Source of the DNA: Ramazzottius varieornatus | Lineage: Eukaryota > Animalia > Tardigrada | Assembly (NCBI GenBank): GCA_001949185.1 | Contig: BDGG01000004.1 | Coordinates: 2,918,168 to 2,982,167 of the forward strand | Direction of reading: 5' to 3' | DNA length: 64,000 nucleotides | Notes under the pieces: model-generated | The model's database searches: none | What the model was told of the DNA's origin: nothing | The model's input: only the letters and a program-made list of their open reading frames with translations | Made by a program: the position numbers and the translations under genes | Part shown: positions 1-13,200 of the stretch, piece by piece | Numbering within the stretch: the first letter of the stretch is position 1 | Layout: every line of letters begins with the position of its first letter

Positions 1-454
1 TTCCTGCAAATATCCTGTTATGAGGGCGCACAGACAAAGACAGTAAAAGCCTCCTCGTTATATTGGCACATGATCTTCCAAAGAATTATTTAGCACTCCG
101 TATGTCCGAATGAACACACACCCGTCGCGCAGGATAAATACTAGTGATAACCAGCCAGAATCCAAGGCTTTGCAGAATCTATGGAATGCGATGCGAAAAG
201 TCTGCGGGATTAAATATGGGCCCTGCTAATCCTGTTAGGAATCAATGATAACAATAGTTCGCGCTGCTGCTCTTTTACACCTTTATCTGACCACCGCAGT
301 CTTCCTTCGTTCTCTGTTCCGACCAATCTCGCCGTACCATGTAAAAAGGACAAACAAAACTAAGCATGCCGTATCTTGCTGGACCGATTCCCCACTAATA
401 ATCCCTCTCGACTTTGAAGCCTTTTCATCACTTGGTACATTTTATCGCCGGATA

Positions 455-2459
455 ATGGACTACGCCAGTGGAATATCATGGAATTTTCGGGATATCAAAG
501 CAATATTTTATATATCGTTATTATTTGTGACGCGAAGTGCAGGAGTCGCATTCACTTCGACAACTTCCTGGTGGTAAGTCTTCGGCCAACATTCTTGACT
601 TGTTTCATTCAATCCAGGAAGGCGGACTTCCTTTTGAGGACTTTTTGAACAAGGTTCGCGATCTGCGGGCTCATCAGGATCAGGGCGTTGTTCTCTTAAC
701 AGAATCTAAGGGCGATTTTGTTAGAATCTGACAACGCAAGATAAAATACTTGCAGTGAGAATTTAAGTTTTGGTTACTATAGTAGTACGCAAAAGTTTTG
801 TCTGTTTTTTTAGGCTACTAGGAACAACTGCAATCGATCAAGGTTTCAAAGCAGAAACATCCGCAACTGATTACAAAACGTTTTGCAAGACCCAAACGTA
901 TTTGGTGGATAAACAAAAGGAAATTTGCCTCACCGACAAAAATATCTTGAAAACGGTAAGTGGCGGTCATAGTCCGAGAAACAAAGAGTCTCAGCGGGAT
1001 GGCGCCAGCGGCATACCTTTAACTCAAAATGCGCTGCCTTTATCGAGAACCTTTCAAAAAGCTAATTAGATTACCGCGGCGGAAGATGCGCTGTAGAAAA
1101 GACGGTTTAGAAGGCAAAGAGATGAAAGAACGCGCAACACTTGGATGCGTTTGTTGACAACTCTGTGCTAAACAGGTTGCCGAAGGAGCAGCAATCGGTC
1201 TCGATGAATGCCAAGCCCAATTCGCCCACAACAGATGGAGCTGCTCGACAGTGGATAATCACAACTCCAGCTCGATGCTCGGAACCTCTCTTGTCATCAG
1301 TGAGTCTTGAACGCGAATAACTGGTCACCTATTGTCCGGGAGCTCTTCTGAATTTAACCCTTTTGTCCATCCGTAGACAGCCGGGAGAAAGCTTACATTT
1401 ACGCCATCAGCGCGGCCGGTGTTGCTTATTCTGTAACGAAGGCCTGCAGCCAAGGTAGGAGCTCGACGTTTCGTTAAAATATTCAAAGGATAAAACATTT
1501 TGCAGAATCATGAAATTTTCACCAATCTGTAAAACTGATTGCGTTTTCAGAAACGAACATTCGGTCGAATCGCAGAATTTCAATTTAAAATCAAAACATC
1601 GATAACCTCAAAGTTTTAAACTATCGTTCCATAAGCATGAACGGCGGTTCGTTTAGGTGAGATACCTGGGTGTGGCTGCGATAAGCGGCTGGGAAAGGAA
1701 GCCAAAAGCGAAGACTTCGAGTGGGGCGGTTGCAGCGATGACGTCAGTTTTGGTGAAAAGTTCAGCCGGGACTTTGTCGATTCGAAGGAAATCAAACGGA
1801 CAGCGGAGAGCCTGATGAACCTTCATAACAACGAAGCTGGTCGTCAACATCTTCAGCATAACATGCAGCGAGCATGCAAGTGCCATGGTGTCAGCGGAGC
1901 CTGTAGCATCAAAGTGTGCTGGAGGAAACTTCCCAGCTTCAAGACGATTGGGAACTCTTTGACCCGGAAGTACGACGGCGCTCACCAGGTAAGCCTAAAC
2001 AAGAAAGTTTCTAATTGCAAATGTTTCATATCGATTCAGTTATGTGACACGCACCCACGCAGGTCAAGATGAATACCAGGAAAGGTCGGCTGCGCCCACG
2101 AACCCGCCATCAAAAGTATCCCGGCAAAGATGACTTGGTGTATCTTGACACGTCGCCCAACTACTGCGAGAACAGCCCGAAGTATGGCATCGCCGGCACA
2201 TCAGGAAGGAAATGTAACCAGACGAGCAACGGTATGGATGGATGTAACCTCCTGTGCTGCGGAAGGGGTTACAAGACGCTCGTCAAGAAAGAGGAAAAGA
2301 AATGCGGATGCAAATTCGTCTGGTGCTGCGAAATCAAATGCAACATCTGCCAAGGTAAACGTTTATGGCTAACGATTCTTCTTTCCTCTTGAAGACGGTT
2401 ATGATGAATTTCATCTCTGACTTTTTCTAGAAACAACGGAGGAATATGTGTGCAACTGA
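455..2459 (+). CDS. WntA: Wnt ligand, most similar to the WntA subfamily; 7 exons (455-573, 814-955, 1176-1299, 1377-1454, 1657-1988, ~2063-2354, 2431-2459)
   Basis: GT-AG splicing yields a hydrophobic N-terminus ending [87 protein letters not shown] (lipidated Ser motif) and a Cys-rich end [13 protein letters not shown]...EEYVCN*. Wnt identity is clear; the WntA call rests on recalled motifs ([26 protein letters not shown]). Confidence 0.85.
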
Positions 2460-2503
2460 AAGCCCGAGGAGGAAAGTTTAAAGATACAGAGTTGTTTATC
2501 TTA

Positions 2504-3714
2504 TCATCTTCGTCGCGATTTAGCAAACATTTTGATAAACAATACCATGAATATGAAGATGGCAAAAAGACATATGAGAGCTAGAAGGGTCCACCAACCA
2601 GTGCCCTTCTGATTGTGCTGCGCCAACTTTGCACTTTCCTTTTCCAAACGAGTGTTGTTCCGATCAGCCAGCGAATTTGCTTTGTCCAGCGTCTAAAATC
2701 CAGGGTACTTCTTATAGTTGACTATGATCCAACGCAGTCATCTTCATTCCTTACCTTAAAATCCCTCTTGACCAGCTGGTTTGCAGTCGACATGTTTTCC
2801 TTCAGCGAACGTGTGAGATGGAGCATCTCTTCTGTAATCTTTTCTTGCCTGCCAATCTCTGCAGACACTACTACATCCATATCCTTGTTTATCCTTCCGG
2901 GTGATTCCAAGAGCTCTTTGCGGTTTGCGTCTGTAAAATTAAGCCGTTCAGTGACATTGTTCGGAGAGACAGCTAGTCTAGCTCAAATCAGTCAATATCC
3001 ATTTCGCAAGTGTTTACGTGACATTAGAATACTCTCGTAGTTACCATCTGTTGTACGCGGAACAAAATCTGCCACGGGAAGTGCTTTACTTGCTGGACGC
3101 TCTTCGACCGAAGCAAGATCGGTGAAGAGTCTCGTCCGGTTCCCTGAAGCTTCATGTACGTCATTGACAGGTGAGACGATATCATCATCGAGTCTGCCGT
3201 GCCCAGAGGTACCATGCTGATGGAAGAGCGACCGTCGTTTCTCAGTCTACAACGGTGACCAACCATTTTTAGCATCCACAATTCTACATTCAACTACCGG
3301 TAACTGATGCCTCGAGAATGTAGAAAACACAAAACGACGTACCTCACTCTGATGTGCATCGGGACGCAACGCTTTCTTCAGTATCTGGATCCGCTGCTCG
3401 TATGTAGACAGGCCATTCAAAGGTAGCTCATCTGGCTTTTCCGGAAATTTCAGTACGGAGAAGAGTTGATCCAATGCTTCTATATACTGAAACATCTAAC
3501 GAGATTCATACTACAAGTGTGGCTGAGCGTTAAGAGCAGTATCAACCTTTTCAAACCTCCATCCATCCACATCTCCTGATCGAGCCATGTCTTCGCACTT
3601 CTGAAGCAGCCGCCGGAAGTTGATTTCTCGGATACTGTAGGAGAGTTCTGTGCCGCGTAGCGTTCCATTCTGCTCCTTCCGTGCAGCGGGTCTTGATCGA
3701 ACATCAGCGTCCAT
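2504..3714 (-). CDS. USE1: Vesicle transport Q-SNARE USE1 (multi-exon)
   Basis: Spliced N-terminus EINFRRLLQKCEDMA...WRFEK|YIEALDQL resembles USE1 (ELNLVRLLSRCE...WRLEKYVGAL). SNARE coil RQEKITEEMLHLTRSLKEN and a C-terminal TM anchor WWTLLALICLFAIFIFMVLFIKMF; stop TGA at 2506-2504. Confidence 0.85.
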
Positions 3715-4082
3715 CGCTGCATGAGATCTCTTCGTCCTAAAAGGTTTTGTTACAAAGCAATTCACGGATATACTTCGAGGATGGACTTGCACAAAGATGA
3801 AGAATTCATAGCGCGTTCGAACAGCTGGCTGCACGTTCGGGGCCATAGCCCATTGCACGCACTATAGAGATTAGAAAACGAAAGTTGAATTTGTTCGACT
3901 GAAATTTTGCGGTAAGCATTCTCCATTGATTGCTTGAAATGCGTCGACGGTAATCTCAGCGAGACAATTGGAGAGCCTTAATCTTCTGCAGATAAAGCAT
4001 ACATGAGCTGCTAAAAGGGGCCTTGCTGGAACGTCAAACACACTGATTGAGCGATTGATTACGTTCCGCTAACAAATAGGTA

Positions 4083-4829
4083 CGAGGTAGAGGACATTAT
4101 TCGGACACAGCAAATTTCGCGTTACAATTTGGACACAGTTATTCAGCGTAGTGACTGGATAGATTGACCTCATGTTTGGTTTTCAAGATAGATGATCCCT
4201 TTATGTATCGCACTTTGTAGTCTCAAGAACATCGAATGGTCAGAACTTGTTAAAGGAGGTCTCAAAAAGAGAAGGGTCTTCCTAATGTTAAAAAGCCTAC
4301 AAAATCGAGGTGAGTAAGGCCACCAGAGGCGCTTGAGTTGTCGTGATTAACAATTTGCTACACGTCACAAACTTCGTGTTAACATGGGTCTGGGTTTTAC
4401 AACTGATAAGCAGCTTGAAGCCTACTTGATGACGTAATTTCGCATGGTCGACATGGTCTGATGCAATACCACATTGCCAATTTTCCAATTACTTTCTCCT
4501 TCTCTTTGTGTGATATTTCCTGTTCAAATACTGTTCTTTGTTTTTGTGTGGACTATCAAGGATAATTGGCCCTTTGCTTCCGCTCTGATATGACCATTCA
4601 CTATGTGGATGTGCTGATGTCAATCAGGGCAAAACGTAACTTCATGGGAAGCTCAGCTGGCATGTGAAGCTTAAACCGCGATATTAGAAGATGCTGCAGA
4701 GCGAAATTGCAGTTCGGTATCAGCTTCAGTGTGAGTAAGATGGAACGCACTGTGGTGCCACCCTATACCGCAACTGTGTCCGAATTCCGACGCGAAATTT
4801 GCTGTGTCCGAATAATGTCCTCTACCTCG
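4083..4829. mobile_element. Non-autonomous Tc1/mariner-type element (MITE), 747 bp
   Basis: Perfect 40-bp TIR CGAGGTAGAGGACATTATTCGGACACAGCAAATTTCGCGT, extending imperfectly to about 58 bp; TA on both flanks (4081-4082, 4830-4831); no transposase ORF. Confidence 0.85.
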
Positions 4830-5278
4830 TAGGACCGACATGGTGTACGGGATACGTTGATGATATCCCGTACGTAATGTGATGTAATCTACTAACAAAA
4901 ATCGAGATGAACTCTTCATTCAGCCAAGGAATCCGAGCAACGAAAGAAAGCCGTTTCGCCAAACACAAGCAACCGCTGGGCTGCAAAAAGCGTGAGTGAC
5001 ATAGTTTGAACCGGGTGTCTGTGTGTGAAAGTCTACACCACGCACACGTTACCAGCTGTTTGATAATGACTATTCAAATGCCGTTTTCGACGGCCTGCGG
5101 TTTTGGCAGGCCGTGTGCAAGTGGAGACCCCTTTTAGCAGCTCGTCACTGCAGATAACTAAATCATAAATGTCGTTCACCCCAGCGGGTAACTGTAAACG
5201 GTGACGCATATAACACGTGATGGGAAATCAGTGTGCATGATATGTTATACGTGATAGTACATGACATGATTAGAAAAA

Positions 5279-6335
5279 TGACGCGTGTTTTTTCTAACTG
5301 GCGCATCTGACAAAATTCCAAATTGTTCAGGAAACGACTTTATCTGAAGGGGTTTCAAAAAAGTGTTCTAAACGGCTGATGCAGCCATCTGGAGCATTCA
5401 CTGGAGGATGTTAAACCACAGGCAATGATGCCATTTTGTTTGGAAATCACGAAGGTATCAACTTTAGCGCCAAATACTGCCATTTTCACAGCTGACTTCA
5501 CCAGCGGTCAAGTTTCTGAAATTCTATCGGTTTTACAAACAAGGCTGATCGGAACGTGTATCTGACATCTTTTCGCTGTAGAACTGAACCTTGATCGCTC
5601 ATTCCAAACACGGAAGGAAAACGTTTATATGACTGCAGCGTGTGTGATAGGATGCACGCACTGTGCGGCGGCTTACATGACGAAAGAGAAAGCAAAGTTC
5701 AAAATCACCAAAATTTGTCGGATGATACGTGCTGTCTCGCAGCAATCACTGTAGCAAAATTGGAAACGAAAGCATAGACTGGAACAAAAAGTTCACTGCT
5801 GAAAGCACGTGGAAGAACCGAAGAGCCTAGGCATGATCACCAGGGTTGCGCAAGGCCAGCAAGGCCGATTCTTTGATATCTTCCTTCGTAACTGGCTATC
5901 TTCTGTAATGTCTAGCGCTAAATTAGCTTGAGATGATTTTCTGTAATACGTGATTGTCCTCGTAAGATGTCACAGCAAATACCTCAGTCACGGGTGAATG
6001 TTAGGCCAGTAGCAGCTAAATGAGCCACGTGGCAGTCACACCAGTGCGTGAGTATATCAGGGCAAGGTAGAGCTGAGCTGCATTAACCGGCCTTGGCTCC
6101 TTGTATGATGAGTGAAGAAATTAGTTGGCGGCATCGCCAAGTTTGCTTCAGGTAAAGCAGGTGTCCTGCCTACCTTTCCTCCACTCGTCAAACTTTTTGG
6201 AGGTGTCAAATCGTGTCATGTTCGATATTCCGAGCAATTGAGTGTTCCCAAATTTCTGATGAAATTTCAGAAATTTCAGATTAGGGTTGAAAAGTCGCCA
6301 TGACCAAATGCGCCAAACAGGAAAAACACGCGTCA
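5279..6335. mobile_element. Probable degenerate DNA-transposon relic bounded by ~30-bp imperfect inverted repeats
   Basis: TGACGCGTGTTTTTTCTAACTGGCGCATCTG at 5279 versus the reverse complement of ~6305-6335, TGACGCGTGTTTTTCCTGTTTGGCGCATTTG; no clear TSD. Confidence 0.45.
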
Positions 6336-6587
6336 AATCTAGAAAAATTCCAGAAAAAAATTTGGGGAAGGTACAGAGCCCTTCCCATGCATACCGCAAT
6401 GCCTGATGAGGCACGACTTAGGCTCTCGGGAGAATTTGAAAAATTAGAATTCCATTTATGTACGATCTGGCGATTGCGACAAACAGAGGGACCTCTGGAA
6501 GCCGGATTTATCGAAACGTCTTCGAACTGACCGCTGGTCAGATTTCAGCCGTGTGGTCTGTAGAATCCAATGCGGCACCAGCAGGTA

Positions 6588-6790
6588 CAGTGTGGGCAAT
6601 TAAGTTACTCTAAAAGGAGGAGGGCCAAAGTCGAGTTTTCGACAAGTGACGTAGAAACTCCGGCTCGAAGTAATCAGCAGATCAAGCGGCAGTTCACGTC
6701 TCTGGATTGCAGCTTGATCAGCTGATTGCTTTCTGCATCACGTCGACTTTGACCTTGCCCCCTTTTAGAGTACCTTATTTGCCTACACTG
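6588..6790. mobile_element. Tc1-like foldback MITE, 203 bp
   Basis: Ends CAGTGTGGGCAATTAAGTTACTCTAAAAGG and (reverse complement) CAGTGTAGGCAAATAAGGTACTCTAAAAGG; CAGTG termini; TA on both flanks; complementarity continues towards the centre. Confidence 0.85.
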
Positions 6791-7219
6791 TATGACACGT
6801 ACAGTGTACCTCGATTCTGATGATATCCGGTATAGCCAGAATACATTTCACCGTCGTTTGTGAAGCTGCCTTGCTCGGGGGAAAAGGTGATCATTCCTAA
6901 CCCACTTCGCTCGTACCTATTCGGGTCATTCTAATTCGTGTTTACAAACGCCGGTTACGAGTAAGAGTACGAATGTCCAAACAAGTCAGACAATTGTTTG
7001 TGGTTCGATACGGGCTTCTAAGTTGTTGCTCTGAGGAATGCAGACCATGGGTTCCTGTCAGATACCGTGTAATACAGCTTACAGCGAAATGTGATGCCAT
7101 AGCGACAAGCTAATCGATACACACGTTGACCAGATATTTCACCCAGCATCCGCGCGGTCTTTTTACACGCACCCGGGTCCAAACCTGTCCAGCATCACTG
7201 GCACTTTAAAGTATTTCGC

Positions 7220-10200
7220 TCAAGTCGACGGTACTTCTTGCAGATTCTTGTGCTCAACTTCATCCATCTCGTCTTCCCTGTCGTCTTCCGAGTCCTCGGA
7301 ATGGGTAGATCGAGTGTCAGCTGTATCGTCCTTGTCACCCACATCCCCACCTCCCTGCTCGTTTTCAGGGGCCTGTATCTCATTCGGTGCTCGCTGAGGA
7401 TCCGACAGGTCTTGTTCCGCTACCCAATAGGGCTTCATGTGTTCCCTTCGCTCGCTTTCGTCGCTTCTGCAGCACTGGTAGACGTAGTAGGGAGCTTCCA
7501 CGCTGTTCCCACACTTGAACCGACTCAGTCCTTCGCGCATCATGTTCAGGAAAGCCTTGTGCTTTTCCTGAGAAATGAGCGCTTTCTTCGTCCACACTTC
7601 GCTCAAGTACCGCTTGAAGGCTGATGTTCGCTTCTGCGAAACCCGTCGGTGAGTCTGCAGAATACAGTTCATCACCACTGACGGCCACATTGAGAATGGT
7701 ATTTTACTTACGTCTACTGCGATCTTCATGGCGCCGCGGCGGTAAACTACCCAGTTTGTGTTCGGTACTTTGTCATCGCTTATGCCCAAGACGTCGTCAC
7801 TTTCAATCTGAGACCGGATGGTCAACGACATTAGCCAAGTCTTCGGGTCCAGTGAGAAGTCATTCCCGGAATCCAAATCAGACAGCTTCGTGACATCAAG
7901 CGGCAGTTCCTCGTCCAAGTCTTCTTCGTCTTCCTCATCGAGCTCCCTTGCCACTTGCTTACGATGTCGCGAGAGCTGTCGATGATGCCTAAAGAACAGT
8001 AAATTGCATAAACCAAGATACGATATGAATCTAAAGTTCGGTTATGATTAAAGCTTACTTGACAATAAAGATTGGCGAACGAGTCAGCAAAGCGTTTTTC
8101 ATGAAGTCGCTCAGCCCTGCGGTGCCAGTATAGTACGTCACGAATTCCTTCCAGTTCTGGCACAGTGGCTGTTGGTCTTCGGGTTCTTCCGACTCGATCA
8201 GTTCTATTGCTATCTTGCCCGAGTTGGACAAGTTTATCTTGAAGCAGTTCTGGTCTTTCAGGAACTCTGCCACTTTAGTCTCATACGCTTTCTCAGCTTC
8301 GAGCCGGTCCGATCTTGATAGCGTGGCGCCACCAGCACCACCATTCATTCTTGCTTCTTCCCAAAAGTTCCGCACTGTCTTGGCTCTTTCTTGCGCCACA
8401 ATATGATGCAACTGTAAAAACGAAAGTTCGTTACATTCAGACTTCCAAAATCAAGAAGCAATTTTCCAACTTTCTGAGAATCAGTTCAGACGATGCGACC
8501 TCGGCAGACAAACTCGACAAGACTGTTTTCGCCAAGTGACGCACGCTTTCAATAAATACCACTCAAAGCATGCGTCACTTGGGAAAACGACCTTGTCGAG
8601 TCTGCTTGACAAACTCTCAGTTTTCCCCTTTGGAATTTTGAGGTGACATTTCACTCACTTGTCGAGTAACGCTTTGGATCAGACGATCAAGAGTAAACGT
8701 CAAATAGGCGTCTTTGCGGAAGATCTCCCTCATTTCCTCATCGTAGATGTTCGGGTCAATGTTACCATCGAACAGTTTCAGCAAGCGGTCAATGAAAACA
8801 GTCCACAGCCTCTCTACTGGCACATCTATTCTAGGCTTACAGGCCTTGCTAACAACGTACGACGGCTTCTCCTGCTTGCCCGATGCCATAGTCAGCGTAT
8901 TCAAGAAGCCTTTGTGCAAAATCGTGATACGCTCACACAGGAGCTGATGATACCGCACAAAAAGGAAGTACGGCGAGTTACCATACAGCAACACGTACGA
9001 TGTCTCCTCCATGGGGAACAGGTCTGTGAAACTATCCAACTGCTCCTTCACCATCTCCCTAGCGACTTCGCGCTTCTTGGCCTCCTCCGATAAGTCTTCC
9101 TCGACCTGTACATCGAGGAGCTTCAATTCGCCAGAAAAGTGGCACAGTTCCGGCCAAGGTAGTGGTGCGATCGGCAGCTCTTTCGGTCCCAAGCCTCGTA
9201 GTTTTTTGCCGTTTGTCATGTGGCTGTTATGGCTCAAGTCGTCTTCGGTATCTCCGTCCGACTGTTTCCTCTTCGCGTTGCCGTCTTTATCGACATCGCC
9301 GGCATCTGAAGTAGAAAGCGACAGCCGAGGCACCGATGGACGTTGGACTCTTGGTGACTTCCCGTCATTACCTAAAAACGCAGGTGCGACTTCCGGCTCA
9401 AATTTCTCAAATGGAATCCGACTATATTTTAGCGAAATTTCTCTGGGCAAGGTCTCCAAGATTACTTACTGCTGTTGGGTTCTTCATCTTCCGAGTCGAA
9501 GAAGTCCACCAGGTCGCTGCTGTCCGGCATACCCAAAGTACGGTACATATACTCTAACAGGAATTTGTTCATAAGCTTCTTGTCCGAAGACCCGAAACCA
9601 CTGTGGTTCTTGATGTACCGTAGGATGAAGAAGGTGACATCGTCGACAGCGATGGCCACTCTCGGGTACTGGAGAACCAGATGCGGCTTGCTGTCGGTGG
9701 TGGTGGTAGTTACTACAGTCACTGCAGTTGTTGCCGTGTTGTCTTCGATCTCCACTGGCTTCTGTTTAGAGTCCTTGGTGCGCTGTTCCAGACGTTCGCT
9801 GTAAAGTTTTTCCATTTCATGAACCAGGTGACGCGAACGTAAGAAGCGCATGTCGATCTGCTTGAAGGTTGTGCCTTTGTAGTCTCCAATGCGTGAAGCA
9901 TTTTTTCGCGCTTGCTCCATCCAGACTTCGCTCATGGCATTTTGAACACGAATCCACTGTGAATGCTTCTGTCGAATCCTGATAGAACATCACATTAAAC
10001 CACTAACCAACACAGCTTCAGACATAGCTTGTAGTCGCACTCATGCCGGAAAGTCGAAACACCTACCGATCCAAAACCGTTGGAATGGTGCAAAGAGGAT
10101 TTTTAGTCAGATGCGCCATGATGATGGGTGCGTTCTCGGTGTAGAGTCTGTAGAAAAAACCATGAAATTAGTACATGAGAACCATGGTTCTGTAAAAGGT

Positions 10201-13200
10201 TCTAATGGCTTACTTTGTGACAATGCGACGATGCAGAGCTGCATCTTCCCATGTGCAATGTTGTCCGTTGTCAGCCGCATTGGACAGTTTCTCGAACTGC
10301 ATGGTCATAGCATCAATAGCCACTTCTGCACTGGCCAGGAGCATGTCCATCTCGTACTTTTCATCTTCACATTTGAACATGGCCTCTTCAGCTAGGTTCT
10401 TCTTGGAGATGAGAAACTGTGACCCTTCGGAGAAGATGGGACAGGACACGTACTTCTCATTGAGGACTTGCCGGTCCATGGCAGTCATTCCACTACTCTT
10501 CTGCTTGGACATGAAGTCTGGACGAATACGGTAGCTGCGACTGTCGGTATATCTTTCAAAAGCTTTGAAATCTGTGCAGAAAACGGACAGTATAACAATC
10601 CAGCATATTTATTTCTTACTTTTGTCTGCATAATTTCGCACTTCACACACCTGCATACAACGGGTCAGACCAACAACGTGAGCTCGAAGTATGCAGGTGC
10701 ATGAAACCAAGTATTCTGCTTGCTGTTTACCTGTTTCGGCGGCTCTGTTATCGGGTTCTCGGGACTTCAGGAGTGCTCGACGGTTTTCCATGTCCATTCG
10801 AGATCTGTCTGATCCGTTCACGACAGATTGTCCACTTCCTCTGATGACCGCTTTGGTCTGAAGAAGACGAGCGAACTCTTGGACCAACTTCGGCTTATGA
10901 TGGACAAGCTTCTCCACAATATGGAGTAACTTCCCCTTCGTGAGAGCTCGACTGATATACAACTCAAACATTTTCAAGAGTACGGTAAAGACATTCGCCG
11001 GAAGAGACCGCCGAATTCGATCGATTAGAGAGAAGTCTTCGAAGGACGCGTAAGCGAAGGCTTCCACAGGCGTCAGCGCTCTCACTGGCTTAAAATCCTG
11101 TCGCAACGGAAGCAAAAAGAATTATTCAACTTTCTCTAGTTCTATTGATGCGCATAATTTAGTTTTAGAACAGTTTTCTATGATAAGATTGTTTACTTTG
11201 CATAAACTAATCCAAAATCCAAAAGAACGTGAAGTCTCAGCGAGCTTACCTTTCGGACCGGAAGTAATCGTTTCAGCCGTTTTCGCTGTCCCGGAACATT
11301 GGCTGGCAGACGATACGTTCCACGTTTCGTCTTACCGCTCCTGACGTTACCGTCTTCTCCGTTCAGAACGCCTTCATCCGAGCGTGGAGCCAGCAACTTC
11401 TTCGGTTTCATCGAGCAGGAAGCCGCCGAAGGGGCAACATCTGGAACCTTAGTCCTCTCCGCGATCTTCTCAGTGGTAGAAGGCTTTGCAGTCTTCTTGT
11501 GAGCTTCAAGTGGATCGCTCTTCCCGCTTCGTCCATCTTTGTTCAGCGGTCTGGTTAACGGGCGTTTTGGACCACCTTTTTGTTTATCGCCTTCTTGAGC
11601 ACCCTCCTCGGTCCTTGCCTTCTGGCGGCTGCCCTTCAGTTTCTTTTCCGATCCCTTCGAACTCTTTGCCGCTTGTTTGCTGTCACTTTCAGGCTTACCA
11701 GTAGGAATGGAGCCACCTCGTTCGACTTTTGAGCGAGACTGTTGCCGGACGAGGGACGGCTTCGTGCTGCTCCGCGGTTGAGTGGGAGGTGATGGAGGAG
11801 ACTGGGAAGAACTCGCTCGACTGGGACTCGTTGCGGGAAGATTTTGAAGCGTCATTTGAGTCAACGCGTTACCCGGATTCGCCTTCGAAATAAAAAAGTT
11901 GTATCATGCACGAACTGGAAAAAGAAACGAATCTTGTCAGAAAAGTCTAACCATTGTCGCGCAAGCGTTCGGCAGGAACTTGTTGAAGTCGTTCATGAGG
12001 TCCGGATGGTCAGCGAATAGCCGGCTGACTTCCTTGAAGACGTCTGTTTCGTCCAGTGCTTTTTCAGTAACTCGAATCTGTAACACGTTCAAAACTAAGG
12101 TTTAGAGACAGGCAACCGTATAGTTCAAATGCCTAAGAGTTCGAACGAAGGAATACCTTTCCCTGGTACAAGTGAAGAATTTCGAGGAAGCGTTTGTACT
12201 TTTGCGGTTGATCATGGAACCGAGTCTAGAAAGCAGTATCGGTGAACGAAACATGTAACCGGAAGTCAGAATTTCGGTCAGAAGTGTACGACCGTGTATG
12301 TACGAGCTAACCTTGATCTTGTTGACGTAGGTGATGGCGTAGTTGAATTCTGGTCCTCTCACTGCTGTCGTCGCTCCGGCCATCTGCGCCAGCGAGCGAA
12401 CATCCCGGTCGGTCCCAGCATTAGGTGCGGCATCGGTCTCGGATGTGGAAGAATGGGCAGCGTCAGGCATCATCGACTCATGTTGAGCTAAACCAGGTTC
12501 CGCCTTTGGCTCGACGTCAGACACGGCGGGCATGTTAGAAGCTGGAGACCGCGTACTTATGCCTTCGGAGGAGTTACTACGTGGTTCGGAGGTCGATCGT
12601 GGCTGATCGTCGTGGTAAGGAATATCCACATTGGCGATGAGGATAGGGATTTGGTTGTTCGGAACAGTGACTTTCACCTATAAGCGATACAGTATAGAAG
12701 TATGTACAGTATGTGAAGTAAAGGAAAAAAGATAATGACGGATTTTACATTTCCGGCTGCGTCGATGTCGATTTTATACCCATGAGGTAAGAACGCGTTG
12801 AAACCCACTATGAGGTCGGCATGGCCACGGAAGAGACTTGCGACTCGAGTGATGACGCCTGGAGTATCGAGGCTTTGTGACTTGAACTCCTTCATGATGT
12901 CCAGAAAGTCGTTATACACTTTTGGCTTATGCGCGAAGATGATCTTAACTTGGTCCAGATACCCCAGAGCATCTTCTACTTTGAGGCGAGGATGCGTGGT
13001 AGCTGCTACCATGCCGTGCTGTGCAGCCCGTTGCTCAGAGCTCTGTCACCAAATCACACCATTATACCCATACTACACCGAGGAGGAATACAGTATTCAT
13101 CTTCATCAGTCAGCGAGCTTCAAAAACTTTACCAAACAGACCTGACTAATGGATTTTTCCGGGCTTACTCTTTTCTTTGTCGAATGACCATGGCTGGTTT

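Noticed and set aside
10652-10683. Candidate Sin3 micro-exon (AG...GT bounded)
   Set aside because: About 32 nt, not a multiple of three; the flanking exons join in phase without it.
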